A stretch of 64,000 nt of DNA from Psammoneis japonica (GCA_008632985.1 QPGO01000149.1:1-64000), one strand, 5' to 3'; shown: positions 1 to 13,700, counted from the stretch's first letter. Notes: generated from the sequence alone by a model not told the origin. Made by a program: numbers and translations.

Positions 1-3000
1 CGGACGACTGGGCAAATTGGAGCACAGTTGTTGATTAAAATTGGTGCACACTTTGCATGATGAAAATTTCATTGCATGCAATTGCAATGTTTGGCTTGTC
101 GTTAAAGATCGTCAGTTGTTGTGAAAAAGGCAGAGCACAAAAATTAAAAAACATCTGTGTTCAAACATGAAGAACAGCAGGAGATCAATGATCCTAAATG
201 ACAAAAACTGTCATGTGCAGACAAGCAGATTTTATAATGTGGCAGTGTGTTTTTATCATGTGTGCAGATGTTGCTGTGTCGTGCACTCTGATGCACCCAC
301 TTGCATCACTCAAGCACTCCAAGCTGCTGCCACAAGCAGCATTGGGCCAGCAATTTGCTGGGTTCAGCCCCCAAACTCAGATGAGATGTTGCACTGCCTG
401 CTGCATTTGCAGGTGCTGAGCCTGTCATTTCACCTGGCACTCAAGCTTTAAGTGGCAACTTCACTTTGCATCAAAAAATGATGTGCCCCCATTGCCCATG
501 AGAACTCTCATGACTCTTGAGCTCTGCAGCCCTCCTGCAGCCTGACTCACCTCTCATCCCTGACTCTCTCTTGACCCACACAAGCTGCACCACTGCCTGC
601 TCATTGTGGGTGAAACCCAGCAGCCCTGCTCTGTCTGCCTTTGGGTCCAAGAGAACAAGCTTCCCACTGATCTTGCACAGCACCATTGCTCTGCTCCATG
701 CGCTGTGCATCTGCCAGCCATCTGTGTTTTGCTTTAGAGAGAGCAGGCAAGTTGGGGATGATTCAACAAATTCTGGCAGCAGCCAGTTCCCAAGATGTCA
801 CAAAGAGGAGCAAAACTGTCAAGGAACAGCACTTGGGACAAAAAAAGATTGGCTCCTCCTCTGATGGAGCAGCACTTGCCAGAGTTCTTGAAAAGCACAA
901 GCAGACTGTGAACCAAATCTCACATGAAAGAAATGCACCAGCCAGAGACAAGGGGACAAGAGAGATTTTGGAATTGCTGCAGAGGGTGCAGTGCAAGCCT
1001 CAAGAAGTTGAGTTTGTCAACCAACCATTGTGGAAGGTGCTCAAGGATCTTTTTCACGGCACCAAAAAAAGCTCACACCTGCCACTGAGGTGTTTGGACT
1101 TGTCAAACAACACCACTGTGGAGAGACAATGGAGACATTGCAATCAATTATGCCTTTTGGGAAGAGCCAGCCACGACATTGTGAAACTCACATCTCTGTG
1201 GCATCCAAAGTGTTGGCAATGAAATCAAGCATGTGTTTGTAAAGAATGTTCTGAGAAACTTCTTTGAAGCATGTTCACTTTCACAAAAAGCATGCCAACA
1301 AGTGGTTGGGAAACAATGTTCCACTTGCTCTTCATTCAACCCAAGAACAAGACTGGACGAAGCTGTCAGAAGTTGACAATTGGGCACAGGTGTGTTGGCC
1401 AACAGTGCTCACCCCCCTGCTCTTTTCTTGCTGCCAGCCCCCCCCAGAAAAAACTGGATGGTTGTGCTTCATGTCCTCTTGACTTCAGCTCCCAACTTTC
1501 CCATGCAAAGCCAACAGTGGGAGTTGACAACATGGCACTCTTCCTTGTTCTTCTCACCAGCAGTGCTCTTGAAATGAAACGACAAGGTCAGCAGCACATC
1601 AAAAGCTCCAAGTTAAATGCTGTTCTGCATGCAGAGTTGGGGGCAAAACTCATGTGATGTGCACCTCCTCAGCTGTCTGCCATGTGGAGCTTGCTGGCCA
1701 GTGAGCCAAAAACTGCTGAACAGCCAGGTGCCTTTTTTGCACAGCTGCACATGCCAAAATTGTGAGCCTCCATGCAAATCTGCTCAGTGCATTGACAAAA
1801 AGCTCTTTGTTTGTGCACCAATTGTGATCCAGCGATGCCACAAACTAGAATGCCCAGCTCACAACAGCCAGCCCAGCAGCTCCACTGCCAAACAAAATGG
1901 GAGCACAGCTGCCTCCAAATGCCAGGTTGGAGAACAAGGTCAGCGCAGGTTAAAAAACAAGTTTTGCTCAAACAACTCTAAGGATTGAGCAAGAACAGAC
2001 AACAAAACAGAGGACTCTGGGAGTTGCTGAGCAGATGATGACTGACTTGGGCTGGCATCTTCATTGCCAGCTAGCACTTGCTCCTTTGCACAAAAGAAGT
2101 GCTTGTCATGAGAGTCATGTGGGCTGGTGTGTGCACAAAACAGATGCATTTGGTTGAGATCACTCGAGTGCTTGTTGAGTGCTGGCAGCAGCGCGTGTGC
2201 ACTGGCTGCTCCCTTGTTCTCTCCACTGTGCAGCAGAGGACAGCTTGGGCATCATTGGCTTTTCCCCTGCCTGTGCCAAGCAGCAAAGTGGCTGACAGCA
2301 ATTTGGTGGGCTGCAAGTCGAAAATCCTCACACCACCCAAGAACTTTGAAGGGCAACGAAGTGCAGCTGCTTTGTTGGGGACAAACACACCAGCACTTTG
2401 GATCCCCAAAAGTCAGCAGCAAGTTGCTGAGGCAATGTGCCATGTTGTTGTTGGGGAGGATGAGGGGGAAAACTTGTGAGCTTTCTGAGCTCTGGTGGAC
2501 AGGGTGGCAAGGTCACCCCCCTGTTTCCACCCAGCATGGGCGCGCCAGTTTCTGAGTGGCAGGTGTGTGTGAGGCTGGTGCTGCAATGTCGTTTGCAATG
2601 GCTGGCAGAGTTTGGCCGGCTTGGTTTGCTGGGGTTTCTTTGCTTGGGTTTTTCTTGGCCTTTGCTCAGCTCCGCATCGAGCTGCTGGCTGGCACAGCCT
2701 TTTTTTGGGAGTTTGATTGGGAGGTTCGAAGTTCCTGTTGGTGTGATGAGCCCACACATGTGGCAAGACTAAAAAAATTGAAAAAAATGAGTCCTTTGTC
2801 CACCCATGCCAAGCAAACCACCCGAGCGGTTTTGAGCCTGTTGTTGTGATGAGCCCACTCTTGGCGAGACTCAAAAAATTGCAAACCACCCGAGAGCTTT
2901 TGATCGGTTCGGAAAGAGCAGCAAATTGCCCGAGCAGTTTTGAGCTGCACCGCACAACTAAAAAATTTAGTGTCATGAAGATAGAACAACTTTCAGAAAG

Positions 3001-3050
3001 AGTGAATGACCTTGCTGCAGTGGCTTGCAGTACAAAGATCCATGAGCATC
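1..3050. mobile_element. Highly decayed transposon-derived tract, depleted of TpA and CpG; possibly a DDE DNA-transposon remnant
   Basis: TA and CG are rare and TG/CA abundant. Only short Cys/His/Gln-rich ORFs occur. The + ORF 686..1222 contains KVLKDLFH, a DxxH-like motif. Imperfect direct repeats lie at ~2735-2945. Confidence 0.55.
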
Positions 3051-3709
3051 CATCAGTTTAAAAGTCTACAGTATCCGGTCTTTGTGTCTGATGTCTCGAT
3101 GTCTTATCTTTTTTTCCAATTCTACGAATCCTTACGTAGAATTTCAATAATGTCAAGATCAAACTGTCAATGGCCACATGCACATGACTGATGAGAGCCA
3201 ACAGACTCTCATCCCGCGGCCGCCTGTGCACAGTTGACTTGTGCGTCAAGTAAGTTCTCTTGTTTTTTTGCGTTCTTCACAGTTCTTCAGAAGTTTATTA
3301 TCACATTTTGTGTTCCGCCTTACACGCTGACTCACATCATTTTGCAACATCATCGCACATCATGTTTTAAAGTTTCGCTCGCTCGTCATACCGTAGAATT
3401 TTCGCCACGAAAATAACTGCGCGATGCACGACGTGTCCTTTCTATTCTACAGAAAGATTAGTACTTATCTAGCTAGGTACTTCTACTACGTCCGACAGGA
3501 TCACGACTAGGGTCATTGTTCTAGAAGCGCATTCTTCTCACAAAATACCGTAGCTGTTTCATCGTCCTCGCATGCCTCTAACCAAGAATAACAACAGCCG
3601 GATCTTTGTTTCAGCTTATCACGACTGCAGTCATCGTTCTAGAAGCACGCTCTTCTTCCTTCTTCCTGTCCTCGCAAATTTGGCCGTTCGTCGTTCTCAC
3701 TTCCCCGGC

Positions 3710-5846
3710 ATGAACAACAACAGCCAGATCTACGAAAGTGCGACCAACAACTTGGTGAAAGACGACGAGTTCCAAACGAAGGCCTTTCAAGCTTTCAGAA
3801 GATTGTCACGGCATGCACCGACAGCATGAGGGACCTTCGCGATCATAAAAGTTCTGATCCCACCATTCATATGCTCGAAGAAGGAATAGGAATGTCCTTG
3901 GATGCATCGACATTGCACGCCACCAAGGTACTGAAAGAGAAGGAAGGGCATTCTCAAACAAATCTCGAAAAGCCGGCTGTAGAGAAGAGCATCTCACGTT
4001 TTGGAATGTATTCAGTGATTTCGTTTTTCATGGCGTTTTGCCTCGTGTATAGCGTTATTACAGCTTTTACTCCCATGCCCACGGGACTATTATCATCTGA
4101 GTGCAGCTGTCGAGGCATCAATCATTGCATCTGCATCAGAGAGGAAGCAGAAGCTTATACTGCTTTTGAGTTGTTCTGTTTGGCAAACGCACGAGCGTCA
4201 GCTTATTGCCTTTATCCGCTCTACATCATCATGGTTTCTATCAATGTCTCGGAACCTTCGAACGAAGCTACAACGTACAATCGTTGCAGAGTTTATTCCA
4301 CTTACAAGCCTACATGCTCTTCATGCATGGGCAGGGACGTTGATTGGCGTTGTTATATTCTGGCACGCTCTATGGCATTTCATCCGATGGGGAGTACAAG
4401 GCAAGCTATTGTCCATGACGTTCGCGACTCAAGTTGGTATCACGGGGTTCATCGCTCTTGTCATTACCCCGGCACTTGTCTGGCCGATGCGCCTGGCCAA
4501 GCTTCGGTCAAGGATTAACTTTGAAACAAGAAAGAGAATGCACTATTTGAGCTGGGTATGGGCAACTCTGCTGTGCTTCCACTCTCCCGCATCGCATATA
4601 TTCTGNTCATTGGATCAGCTTTTTGGTGTACCTGGTTGATTGGACATACGGTCTCTTTATGACGACTCACCTAGTTCCATCAGCACGTTTTGTGCTGCTG
4701 GAATCAGCGATTATGATTCGTGTTCAAAAGCCCGATGGATTTCATCTTGCGGGATCAGACGGCTATTGCTACCTTTGCGTACCGTGGATATCAAAGTATG
4801 AATGGCACACATTCTCCGCTTACAAGGACCCCTTTGACAGCGAGTACGTTTGCTTTTGCATCTCAGTTGTTGGCGACTGGACCAAGAAACTCCAAGACGA
4901 GATTCGCGAACCCATTTATCGAAGGCTTTGGATCTGTGGTCCGTTTGCGTCGCCCTTCGAGAAGGCTTGCCTTCAAGACAATACTATTTCAATTGCTAGT
5001 GGGATTGGCATTACTCCCGCTGTCAGTGCAATCAACTCTCTTTCGACTACCCGCAAGATGCATTTGATATGGATTTGTAGAGAGGCAGGACTCGTAGAAT
5101 TCATGGTTGATTACGGCGCGATGTTTGATGACGAAGCATACACATTTGTCTTTTACACGGGCAAACGTGAGCTCGTCTTTAGACGCAAGCTTCCGCTAAT
5201 TTGTTTCTGCTAAAGGGCCGGACCGGATCTCAGCAATCTCATTGCCGCGTTAGTCCGTAGTGGTGGAGACGATTGTGATGAACTGGATCTCTCGTCTTAT
5301 GAAAAGGTCAACAATGACTTAATGCAAGGCGAGGACGTGGAAGGTGTGCCATCTGCCGAACAGACGTTCTATACAGAGATGCTTCGGCTTCTCTTCTCAT
5401 ACACGGCCGAGGAGCTCTTTAATGATGCTGTTCGAAGGTCGCGTTTCACTAGCCGGTGTGTCTGTTATGACGGTCTCAAGGAGTTAGTGGATGATTTGTT
5501 TGATCGAAAGTTATCCGACGAACAGCTGCAAATCGTTTTTGATCGGATAGACCATGACAAGAACGGATCTATTGAATTTGAAGAGTTCAATGCATTCATT
5601 GAAGAGATGGAAGAGGATGCAGCGAAAGACTCCAGAAGGCAGCGACTTGCTCTTGAAGACTTCCACGAGACAATGCAACGTCGAATCAGCAGCAGATTTG
5701 AACCGGGAACACGCTTCACTGAAGAGGTTGATAATCCCGGGTGGAGGCTAATGTACTGTGGCGGAAGCGCAGGGATCGTTAGACTTCTCAAAGTCATTTC
5801 CAAAAAGAACGATATTCCTCTTTCGCTCGAGAGCTTTCAATGGTAG
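3710..5846 (+). CDS. NADPH oxidase / ferric reductase-family flavocytochrome with an EF-hand, split by several 1-bp frameshifts
   Basis: Joining ORFs 3826, 4166, 4623 and 5322 gives the heme His pairs (HALHAWAG..HALWH; HYLSW..CFH), FAD motifs (EWHTFS, VGDWT) and NADPH motifs (GPF, ASGIGITP, HLIWICRE, YCGG, terminal ESF), plus EF-hand DHDKNGSIEFEEF. Frame breaks are near 3820, 4232, 4607-4625 (includes an N) and 5195-5222. Confidence 0.8.
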
Positions 5847-5943
5847 TGCGATAGTCTACTGCGCCTGACAGTTCGACGGACGTATTAGATCATTAGGTAC
5901 ATGTAACAAATAGAGATATTCGTGTCGCGAGAGCGTACTCATT

Positions 5944-8730
5944 TCATAGCGTAACTTGAAAGGAACCATTTGCTTTCTTGATAACCAACCCGTCATTTCG
6001 CAAATCTTCCACGAGACCAGGAAAATCTGAAAGACCACAGTTGACTTGATTTGCGATTCTCCGAAGGTCGTCCAAATGACACTCTTTTCTACCCATTTGC
6101 TTCAACGCTTCTACAAACGCCTTTTTCATCTTTCGCTTTTGTTTGCTACCCGTCACTCTAATGTTGCTACCACCGCCGCCGCTTCCGTCTGCGTGTACTT
6201 GCTTCATGGACTCCATCATGAGTTCCACAACGTCGAGTGCGTCTTCTTCTACTACATGTGCCCGCAGACAGGCCTTGGCTCGCGCTTGTGAAAGCCTAAT
6301 CAATGCTTCCAATTGTCGCGTAGTAATCGGAACTGTGTTGTTCTTGCCGGATGAGTCCTCATCGGGATACCTACACAACAAGTTAAGCCAGTGAGCTGAG
6401 ATCGAGATATGCATGCCGTGAACAATATCGAGGTGTCTTTCTTCACTTACCGTAGCTTCATAAAGTAGTCCTTCAGAACCGCTGCAGCTCCCTGCGTAAG
6501 TTTGGGTTTGCAGTACTCACGCGCATATGAAATATAGTCGCGAACCAAATCAGCAGGCAGTGGCTCCTGTTGGAATCCAGCCACCCAGCCGAGTCGGTCC
6601 TTGAGCGGCATTCGGTTTTCCGAATCGACACTACACCCCTTGAGCAACGACGTTTGCTTTACTCGACCATGAAGCCTCCGCTACGGTTACCGCTACTGTT
6701 CTGATCCAAATAAAGATTCATAATGTTGCTCGAAACGAGTCTATCCTGAGCTTCATCGGCACGGTCTCGAAGAATAAAAATCAAGTCAAAGCGGGACAGA
6801 ATCGGCGCCGACATGTTGATGTTTTCTTGCACCGTATGCTCCATGTTGTAACTCCCCTGCTTTGGATTGGCGGCGGCAATCACACTACACCTTGCCGGAG
6901 CGCAGCCACAATACCAGCCTTGGCAATGGATATTTGTTGCTGCTCCATAGCCTCCAACAATCCTGAAGAAGAGACATTCAGAATAATGAGATTCTGAAAT
7001 CGAAAAACAATACGTTGCACAACGAATAACCAGATTCACTTACCATCTTGGTGAACCTTTTGCATTTTATCAAACTCGTCAATACAGCAAATGCCTTGAT
7101 CGGCCAAGACGAGCGCTCCCGCTTCAATTCCAACTTCACCACCCGCTTCCTTGGTGAGTGATACCGTCAATCCAGTGGTAGATGTCGTGTTGCCACCAAC
7201 GTAGACACTCCGAGCCGCCAATTGGGACGCGGCCAGTAACATTTGAGACTTGCCCACAGACGGGTCTCCAACAATGAGCATGTGTGAATTGGAACGTGTT
7301 GTCGTTGCCGTGTTGGTATTGCTATTGTTGTTGTTGCTGGCATCGCCACTTCCTCCCAATAGACTCAATAAAATACCCGCCTTTACCAAATCATGACCGA
7401 TAATGGATGGACAAAGGGAACGAACCAACAAGTCAAACGGAAAGGCGCGTCGTTCAATCAAACCAAAGAAACGATGATCGGCATGAGACAGCTTGGTAAT
7501 GCTCTCGAGCTGTGCTTGTGTGTACACCATGTTGTTGGAGGAAGAGGATGGCGTCTTTTCCTGGTTGTTGTTATTGTTGTTGGTTTCTGACATTGTCGTG
7601 ATGGAATGTGCTTGAATGTAGAGAGAAAAGGTGGAACTCTCCTTGGCTCGTTTGCCGGCCGCAATGGCAGAATTGACCGCTTGAATAATTCCCGCCACGG
7701 ATACAATATCCCCGGGACGGCAGGAATCCACCAAGCCTTGAGAGAGTTGCACTTCTATTTGTCGTGGTGTCCGTCCCGCGTGTGCCGTCGTTTCTTCTTG
7801 TACTTCTTGAAGCTTGACTTCTTGAACATTCACGTACTTGGCCGTGTGACGCATCAAGGAAAAGGCATTGGAACGACATTTCGGCGTGACACACTTGGAG
7901 GGAGTCGAATAGCGGCCTTCCAGAAAGACGTGTGGGAGATTGGAGGCACCGCACTTTGTGCAGGTAAAATCCGCCGATACGACAAGCAGCCGTTTGGGCC
8001 GGGCCTTGACAACGTGTCCGCGGACCGTCACAAATTTGTATGCTAAATTGGTCTTGACATTCATCATGGGGACTTGTGGCTGTACATGAACAAAGAGCAG
8101 TGTCAATGGGTTGGTATCTAGAAAGATATCCAACGGCGTAGGCTCGTCTGGTGCTTGTTGTTGCTGCTGCTGCTGCATTGGTTGGTATACACGTGAATTT
8201 TGCTTGCTCCAGAGCGTGCCTATAGCCAGACACGCTGCTACTCGAATCGTTACAAGAGCATGTTTGGGCCGATGATGCAAAAAGGCTCCAAATGAGTGCT
8301 GCACAATAAAATCATCCGTCGGTGCTTGTCCCTCGAGTTCAAAGCTGTTGAGTTCATTGAGATAATCTTCGTGAGGAATCGAAACGCGACTGCCTTTTTG
8401 AGGGAGCTGTATTTTTTGAGAAATCACCACGAGACGAGTCAAGGGAAGCAAACATGTTTCGTGTGGGCCTTTTATATGATGACGTGACGATCTAGCAGTG
8501 TTGTCGAATTGCAGTGCTTGCTTCAGTATGGCCATGAAAAAGTGATGCAATCGAACCGCAAAAAACAGAGAATGATCGTCCATGCGTTCGAGTCTGTTGC
8601 TGCTTCCGCCATGTGTTGGGACGTAGACTTCTGTCTTTGTAATGCTAGTCCATAAACGATCAATGTGTTCCCGCTGTGTCTTGGACAATTCGTTGGGCGA
8701 CGGGAACGAGAAGCTACGAGACGGCGCCAT
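5944..8730 (-). CDS. MCM8: MCM8-like DNA helicase
   Basis: Zn finger CTKC..CVTPKC, AGRTPR, Walker A GDPSVGKSQ, EAGALVLADQGICCIDEFDKM, LLEAMEQQ, IAAANP, Arg finger LSRFDLIF and sensor-2 ITTRQLEALIRLSQARAK. GT-AG introns at 6963-7043 and 6371-6450. Apparent 1-bp frameshifts near 6898 and ~6685. Confidence 0.85.
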
Positions 8731-8985
8731 GGTGATGCATTCGAGTTGAAAATGAATAATTTCACAGATTTTAGCGAAAATACAAAATTATTGAATAATT
8801 TTTTGAATTGAAATCAAAAATACTCGAGCTTGTTTATGAAACAAGTAATCTGTGTATTCATGAATCAATAAAATATTCAGTCGCGCCATTTTTTTCTCAA
8901 ACAAGAGAGAAAGAGAACAAAGCCAAAGCACAAAAAATCAAAGAAGCTCTTATTGTACTTTTTTGACGCGCAAACTTGAAACATC

Positions 8986-10188
8986 ATGTCGGACGTTGTC
9001 ACAATCCCGCAAGAGTCGTCCCCTCCACACGAGAAGAATGATGCCAACTCTTCTAGTGGAACAAAGCGCAAAGAGTCGTCACCGACTACAGCGATGGAAC
9101 TTCTGTCGGTTGAAACATTGACGGCGCCGCTGAAAAAGTCTCCACCCAAACTCAAAAAAAAATCCGTCTATGTTCGATTCAAGGCGTACTTTGTAAAGCA
9201 TCTTAAAGAGTCTTCCATTGAGGTGGAAAACGACTCCAAGGCAGCCAAGGAGGCTTGGAACAAGGTGAGGTATTTGTTTCATGCTCCCCCGACCGTGACG
9301 TCATCGGAGAACGAGGATCCAAAGCAAGTTCATAACATTCAGCTATCGCGACTCTATGAATTCAAGGAAGCGGCGCAACAAGACGAAGCAAACGAGAAGG
9401 CTGCGTACGAGGAGAAGCTGTTGAATGAGAGCAAAGTGTATGCTTCAGTCGTCAAGAGCACGGTCGAGACTCTCGTTTCTACAGTCAATGCCACGTGGGA
9501 ACCCCCGACGGCAGAAACGGTCGAGAATGAGTCGTCATCCAACATTGAAACCGTTTATAGCATTGTATCAGAGGCCGCGCGCATTATGGAAGATTCTCTC
9601 AAACCGTGGCTTGCCGTTTGGCCAGACAAGGTCGAAAAGCCGTCTCTGGAGTCGGCCCGGCAGCTTTCTCGTAAGGTTGCAGCCGATCGAATAGACGTGA
9701 CCATTTTCAAAAAGCTCAAGACAGCATCGACTCTAGACTTGTGGAATCACGCCAAGACGCACCGTCAAGCCGTCTTGGATCAACGCAAGTGGAAAGCCCT
9801 TGAGGAAAAGAATCAACAAGCGGCTCGCATCCAACACGAAAAGGAACAAGAATTGGTAAAAAATGCCAAATCGATTATTCCTCCACAGCTTGCCAAACAG
9901 TTTCATAGCATGATGAAGTATGACGCTTCCCTCAAGATGCGTTTTCATGAGCTCATTGTCGACATGGACGACATTTGTCCCGCCGCCTTTGAGGCGGCCT
10001 TTGATTTGCAACAGGGTGTCCGTCAAACCACCATTTCGTCGGACGACTTGGGAATTGGAACCAAGGAGCTTCGGTTTGGAGCCATTCTCAAGTGTGAAGA
10101 TGTCACCATTACCCTCAACGGCACGTCGCTCATGGCCAAGACCAAGTTTACCATGCACAAGCCAGAGAAGTTTGGTTTTTTATTCTGA
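8986..10188 (+). CDS. Hypothetical protein (400 aa, charged, probably partly coiled-coil)
   Basis: Long ATG-initiated ORF with normal composition, divergent from MCM8. No motif recognised. Confidence 0.65.
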   Translation: MSDVVTIPQESSPPHEKNDANSSSGTKRKESSPTTAMELLSVETLTAPLKKSPPKLKKKSVYVRFKAYFVKHLKESSIEVENDSKAAKEAWNKVRYLFHAPPTVTSSENEDPKQVHNIQLSRLYEFKEAAQQDEANEKAAYEEKLLNESKVYASVVKSTVETLVSTVNATWEPPTAETVENESSSNIETVYSIVSEAARIMEDSLKPWLAVWPDKVEKPSLESARQLSRKVAADRIDVTIFKKLKTASTLDLWNHAKTHRQAVLDQRKWKALEEKNQQAARIQHEKEQELVKNAKSIIPPQLAKQFHSMMKYDASLKMRFHELIVDMDDICPAAFEAAFDLQQGVRQTTISSDDLGIGTKELRFGAILKCEDVTITLNGTSLMAKTKFTMHKPEKFGFLF

Positions 10189-10730
10189 AAGATGTATGGG
10201 CGTAGTGGTAGCATGTTCTCCGAGTATGAGTCTTTGCTTTTTCGTTGTGGGGAATTGATTAGGATAGGGCGGTCGGTGATTGCAGGTTCCAGTGAAATTC
10301 CTAGTTAACACTATAGTATATTTGTTCCGTGTTATGCCTTACAGTTTTATTATGAAACGACATCCCTCCTAGAAGTAGAATTTTCAGTCCTTCTTGCAAG
10401 ACGAGTGTCACCTCGATCGAGCGAGGGTCGCTTCGGTATCTTTGCTGACGATTCAAGAACTCTCAGGGCCCCTATGCCTGTCGACATGACCGTTTTCTAT
10501 GGTAGGGCGCTAGTAGTGCTGGCAGATGCTTCATTCGCCTCGATCTGTTGAAACAAAAGCTACAATAAGACATACACTTGTAATTTTTGAAGATGGCTAT
10601 TTTAGCTAGAGAGAGACCATCAGAGCTCTGTAGGGTCGGCACCATCTAACATGCATTTTCAAGCCCATCTTTCTTCTAATAGTAGCGCCATGCAATCGTC
10701 AATTTTTCTTTAGCACACGCTTCCATGCGC

Positions 10731-13700
10731 TTACTTGGTCTCGTGGGTGCCGTCCAGAATGGCATAGTGTACTCCCTCTTTATCCAAAGAGGCGAGAATG
10801 TCTTCGAGCGCGGGGCGATCTTCACGATCCACCGTGCTCAAGGTCTGGTACTGTCCAGGCGTGTATTTGATAGCAAGAGTATTGGCGGCTCTCCAAGCCT
10901 TGGAATCACCAGAAACGTTTGAGTAATTTGTGCCTTTGTACACGTCCACAAATCCAGAAGTGGCGTCGAAAACGACAACCGCCCAGTCCGAAAGAATGCT
11001 GGGGGACTCAAGAGTGTATACGAGGAAATCCGAAAAGGACTGAACGTCCTCTCCGACAACGCCTTGATGAGCCCACTCTGGATGGGCCTTGACGACCGCC
11101 GCTTCAATCGTGCGCTTGAGCTGCTGGCCAAACGCGCTAATCAAGGTCATGTCGAATTCGTGCAAGGCCAAATCGTCACCATCGGACCACATGAGAGCTC
11201 GAATACCACGCAAGTATGACGCAGCAAGACTGAGGTAGAAACACGAGTTGGCAAGGCGCTGGTCCTTGTCTTCGCGCTTCTCGAATTCTGAATACCTCAC
11301 CTCGAATCCAATCGCCTCGAGAGCGTGCGTCATGTTAGATTTGTTGGCTGCAGCCTCGGCTCCGTGGTGTTCGAATAGATCCTCTACAGCGCGGTGGTGA
11401 TCATGCAGTTCGTGGTCCCAGAAGGCTGTGCTATGGAGCTCGGGTGTTGGTTCGGATTTGGTTTCCTCGGGCTCGGTGACTGGCTTTGGTTCACGAGGTG
11501 TCTGGGAAAGAATCCGGTACGCTAGAGCAAGCTCGGCAAACTGATGCCTACAGCCACCCTTGTCGGGATGGGTTTGCAATGCCATCTTGCGATAAGCCGA
11601 AGTAATCTCGGTTGCCGTTGCTGTGTTGTCCACTCCCAAGAGTTCGTACGCAAAGGATTCTGTTGTTTCTTTCTTGGCCACTTTTGGCTGCTTTCGAGAC
11701 ACAATCGAAAAGTCTAGCTCGGACATTTCCATCGCTCTCTTAATAGCGTCTTCTTCCATCTGAATTGGATCTTCCGTCGTAAGGTCGTAGAAGGTGTCGC
11801 TAATGGATGTAGCAAGCCTCATTGCTACATCTCGACCAACGTAAATATGAGTGTGAATCTCCACTCCCGCATCGGCTGCAACCGGAACAAGTTCCGCGCT
11901 TGGTGGTTCCGGCGTGACCAATGCAGTGCTGGAGGGCTCTGCTGGAGGAGCGACTTCTGGGGTTGCCGGCGCACTGGGCGTCTCTACAGCAGGAGGCGCG
12001 GCAACATCCTTGGGACCGGTCGTCTTGGAAGCTCGATGAATGGCAGCAGCCACCCGCACATTGAGCCTTTCCGAATAGGGTCTGGGCACCGCTCCGATAC
12101 CTGAAGGTAACGCCTTGCTTGTAACCACATGCTTCGGGGGTGGGGAGGCTTCGGCTTTCGGCTCGACCTTCTCCGCCGGCTTCTTCGTAGGAGCTTCCTT
12201 CGGGGCGCTTGTCTCGGCTTTCTCGCCGTCGTCAGGCTTCTCGACCGCCTCTTTTGGTGGCTCAGGAGCGCTGGTCTCGGCTTCGAGTTCGTCGTGCTTC
12301 TCGACCGTTTCCTTCGGTGTTTCAGAGGCGGTTTCGTCTTTTTTCTCGACAGGCTCTTCCGATGAGGTTGAAACTTCCGTATCAGCACTCGAAACGTCGT
12401 CTTCATCTTCTCCTTTGCTACCCTTCTCATCCTTCGACGCAGTCTCCTCGCTGGCTTCGGGGGTCTCAGGTTCAGCCTTAACGGGAGCTTCTGGCTCTTT
12501 GGGGGCGGCTTCAACTTTTTCGGTCGGCTCATCTTTGTCGCTGTCATCCTTCTTGTCATCTTTCGCGGCATCATCAACAGTCGCACTGGCCGGTTTCGGG
12601 GTCTCAGAAGTACTGCCAGTCTCCTCCTTTTCGGCAGGTTCTTCCTTCGACGCAGTCTCCTCGCTGGCTTCGGGGGTCTCAGGTTCAGCCTCGACGGGAG
12701 CTTCTGGCTCTTTGGGAGCGGCTTCAACTTTTTCTTTCGGCTCATCTTTGTCGCTGTCATCCTTCTTGTCATCTTTCGCGGCATCATCGGCAGTCGCACT
12801 GGCCGGTTTCGGGGTTTCAGAAGTACTGCCAGTCTCCTCCTTTTCAGCAGGTTCTTCCTTGGCCGGAGCAGACTCTTCGGCGGGCTTCTCCACTTCTTCT
12901 GGGGCATCTTTGGTTTCTTTAGGTTCTTCAGATTTTGTCTCCGCCTTTTCGGCGGGCTCTTCCTTGGCGGGCGCAGAGTCTTCCGCAGCACTCTCGGCCA
13001 CTTTCGGAGTCTCGGAGGGAGTTTCCACCTTCTTCGCAGGTTCTTCCTTGGCGGGTGCAGATTCTTTGGTGGCACTCTTAACCTCTTCGTCACTCGATGC
13101 TTTTTCGTCGGGTTTCTCAACTTTGGCGGCAGTTTCTTTTGTTTCTTTCGGGGTCTCAGGAGGAGCTTCTGCCTTCTCTGTAGGTTCCTCTTTGGCGGCC
13201 TCCTTGTCCTCAGACTTTTCGGGTTCGGCTGCAGGCTCCGTGGGTGCTTTGGGAGTTTCCGCAGGAGGTTCAACCTTCTTGGCGGGCTCCTCTTTGGGGG
13301 TGGATGCAGGCTCTTTGTCGGCCTTCTTTCCATCATCTTTAGCATCGTCAACCTTTTTGTCGGGCTTTTCGGTTTTCGTAGCAGCCTCCTTGGCTGGTTC
13401 GGAAGCTTTGGGTTTACTGTCCACCTTCTCGGCAGGCTTGTCGTCAGCCTTAGCGTCAACTTTCTTATCATCCTCGGTCTTCTCGTCACCCTTCTTTACA
13501 GCTGTTTCGGCCTTCTCTGCAGGCTTTTCTTCCGACTTCTTCTCACTCTCGGAGGGCTTTTCCTTGTGCTCCTTCGTATCAGGCTTCTTGGCAGTAGTTT
13601 CAACAGCCTTCTCTTTCGCGGGAGCAGTCGTCTTGCTTGCGTCTACAGAGCCCTGGTCTTTCTTCTCTTCAGTCTTCTTTGCAGGAGCGATCTCGACGCT

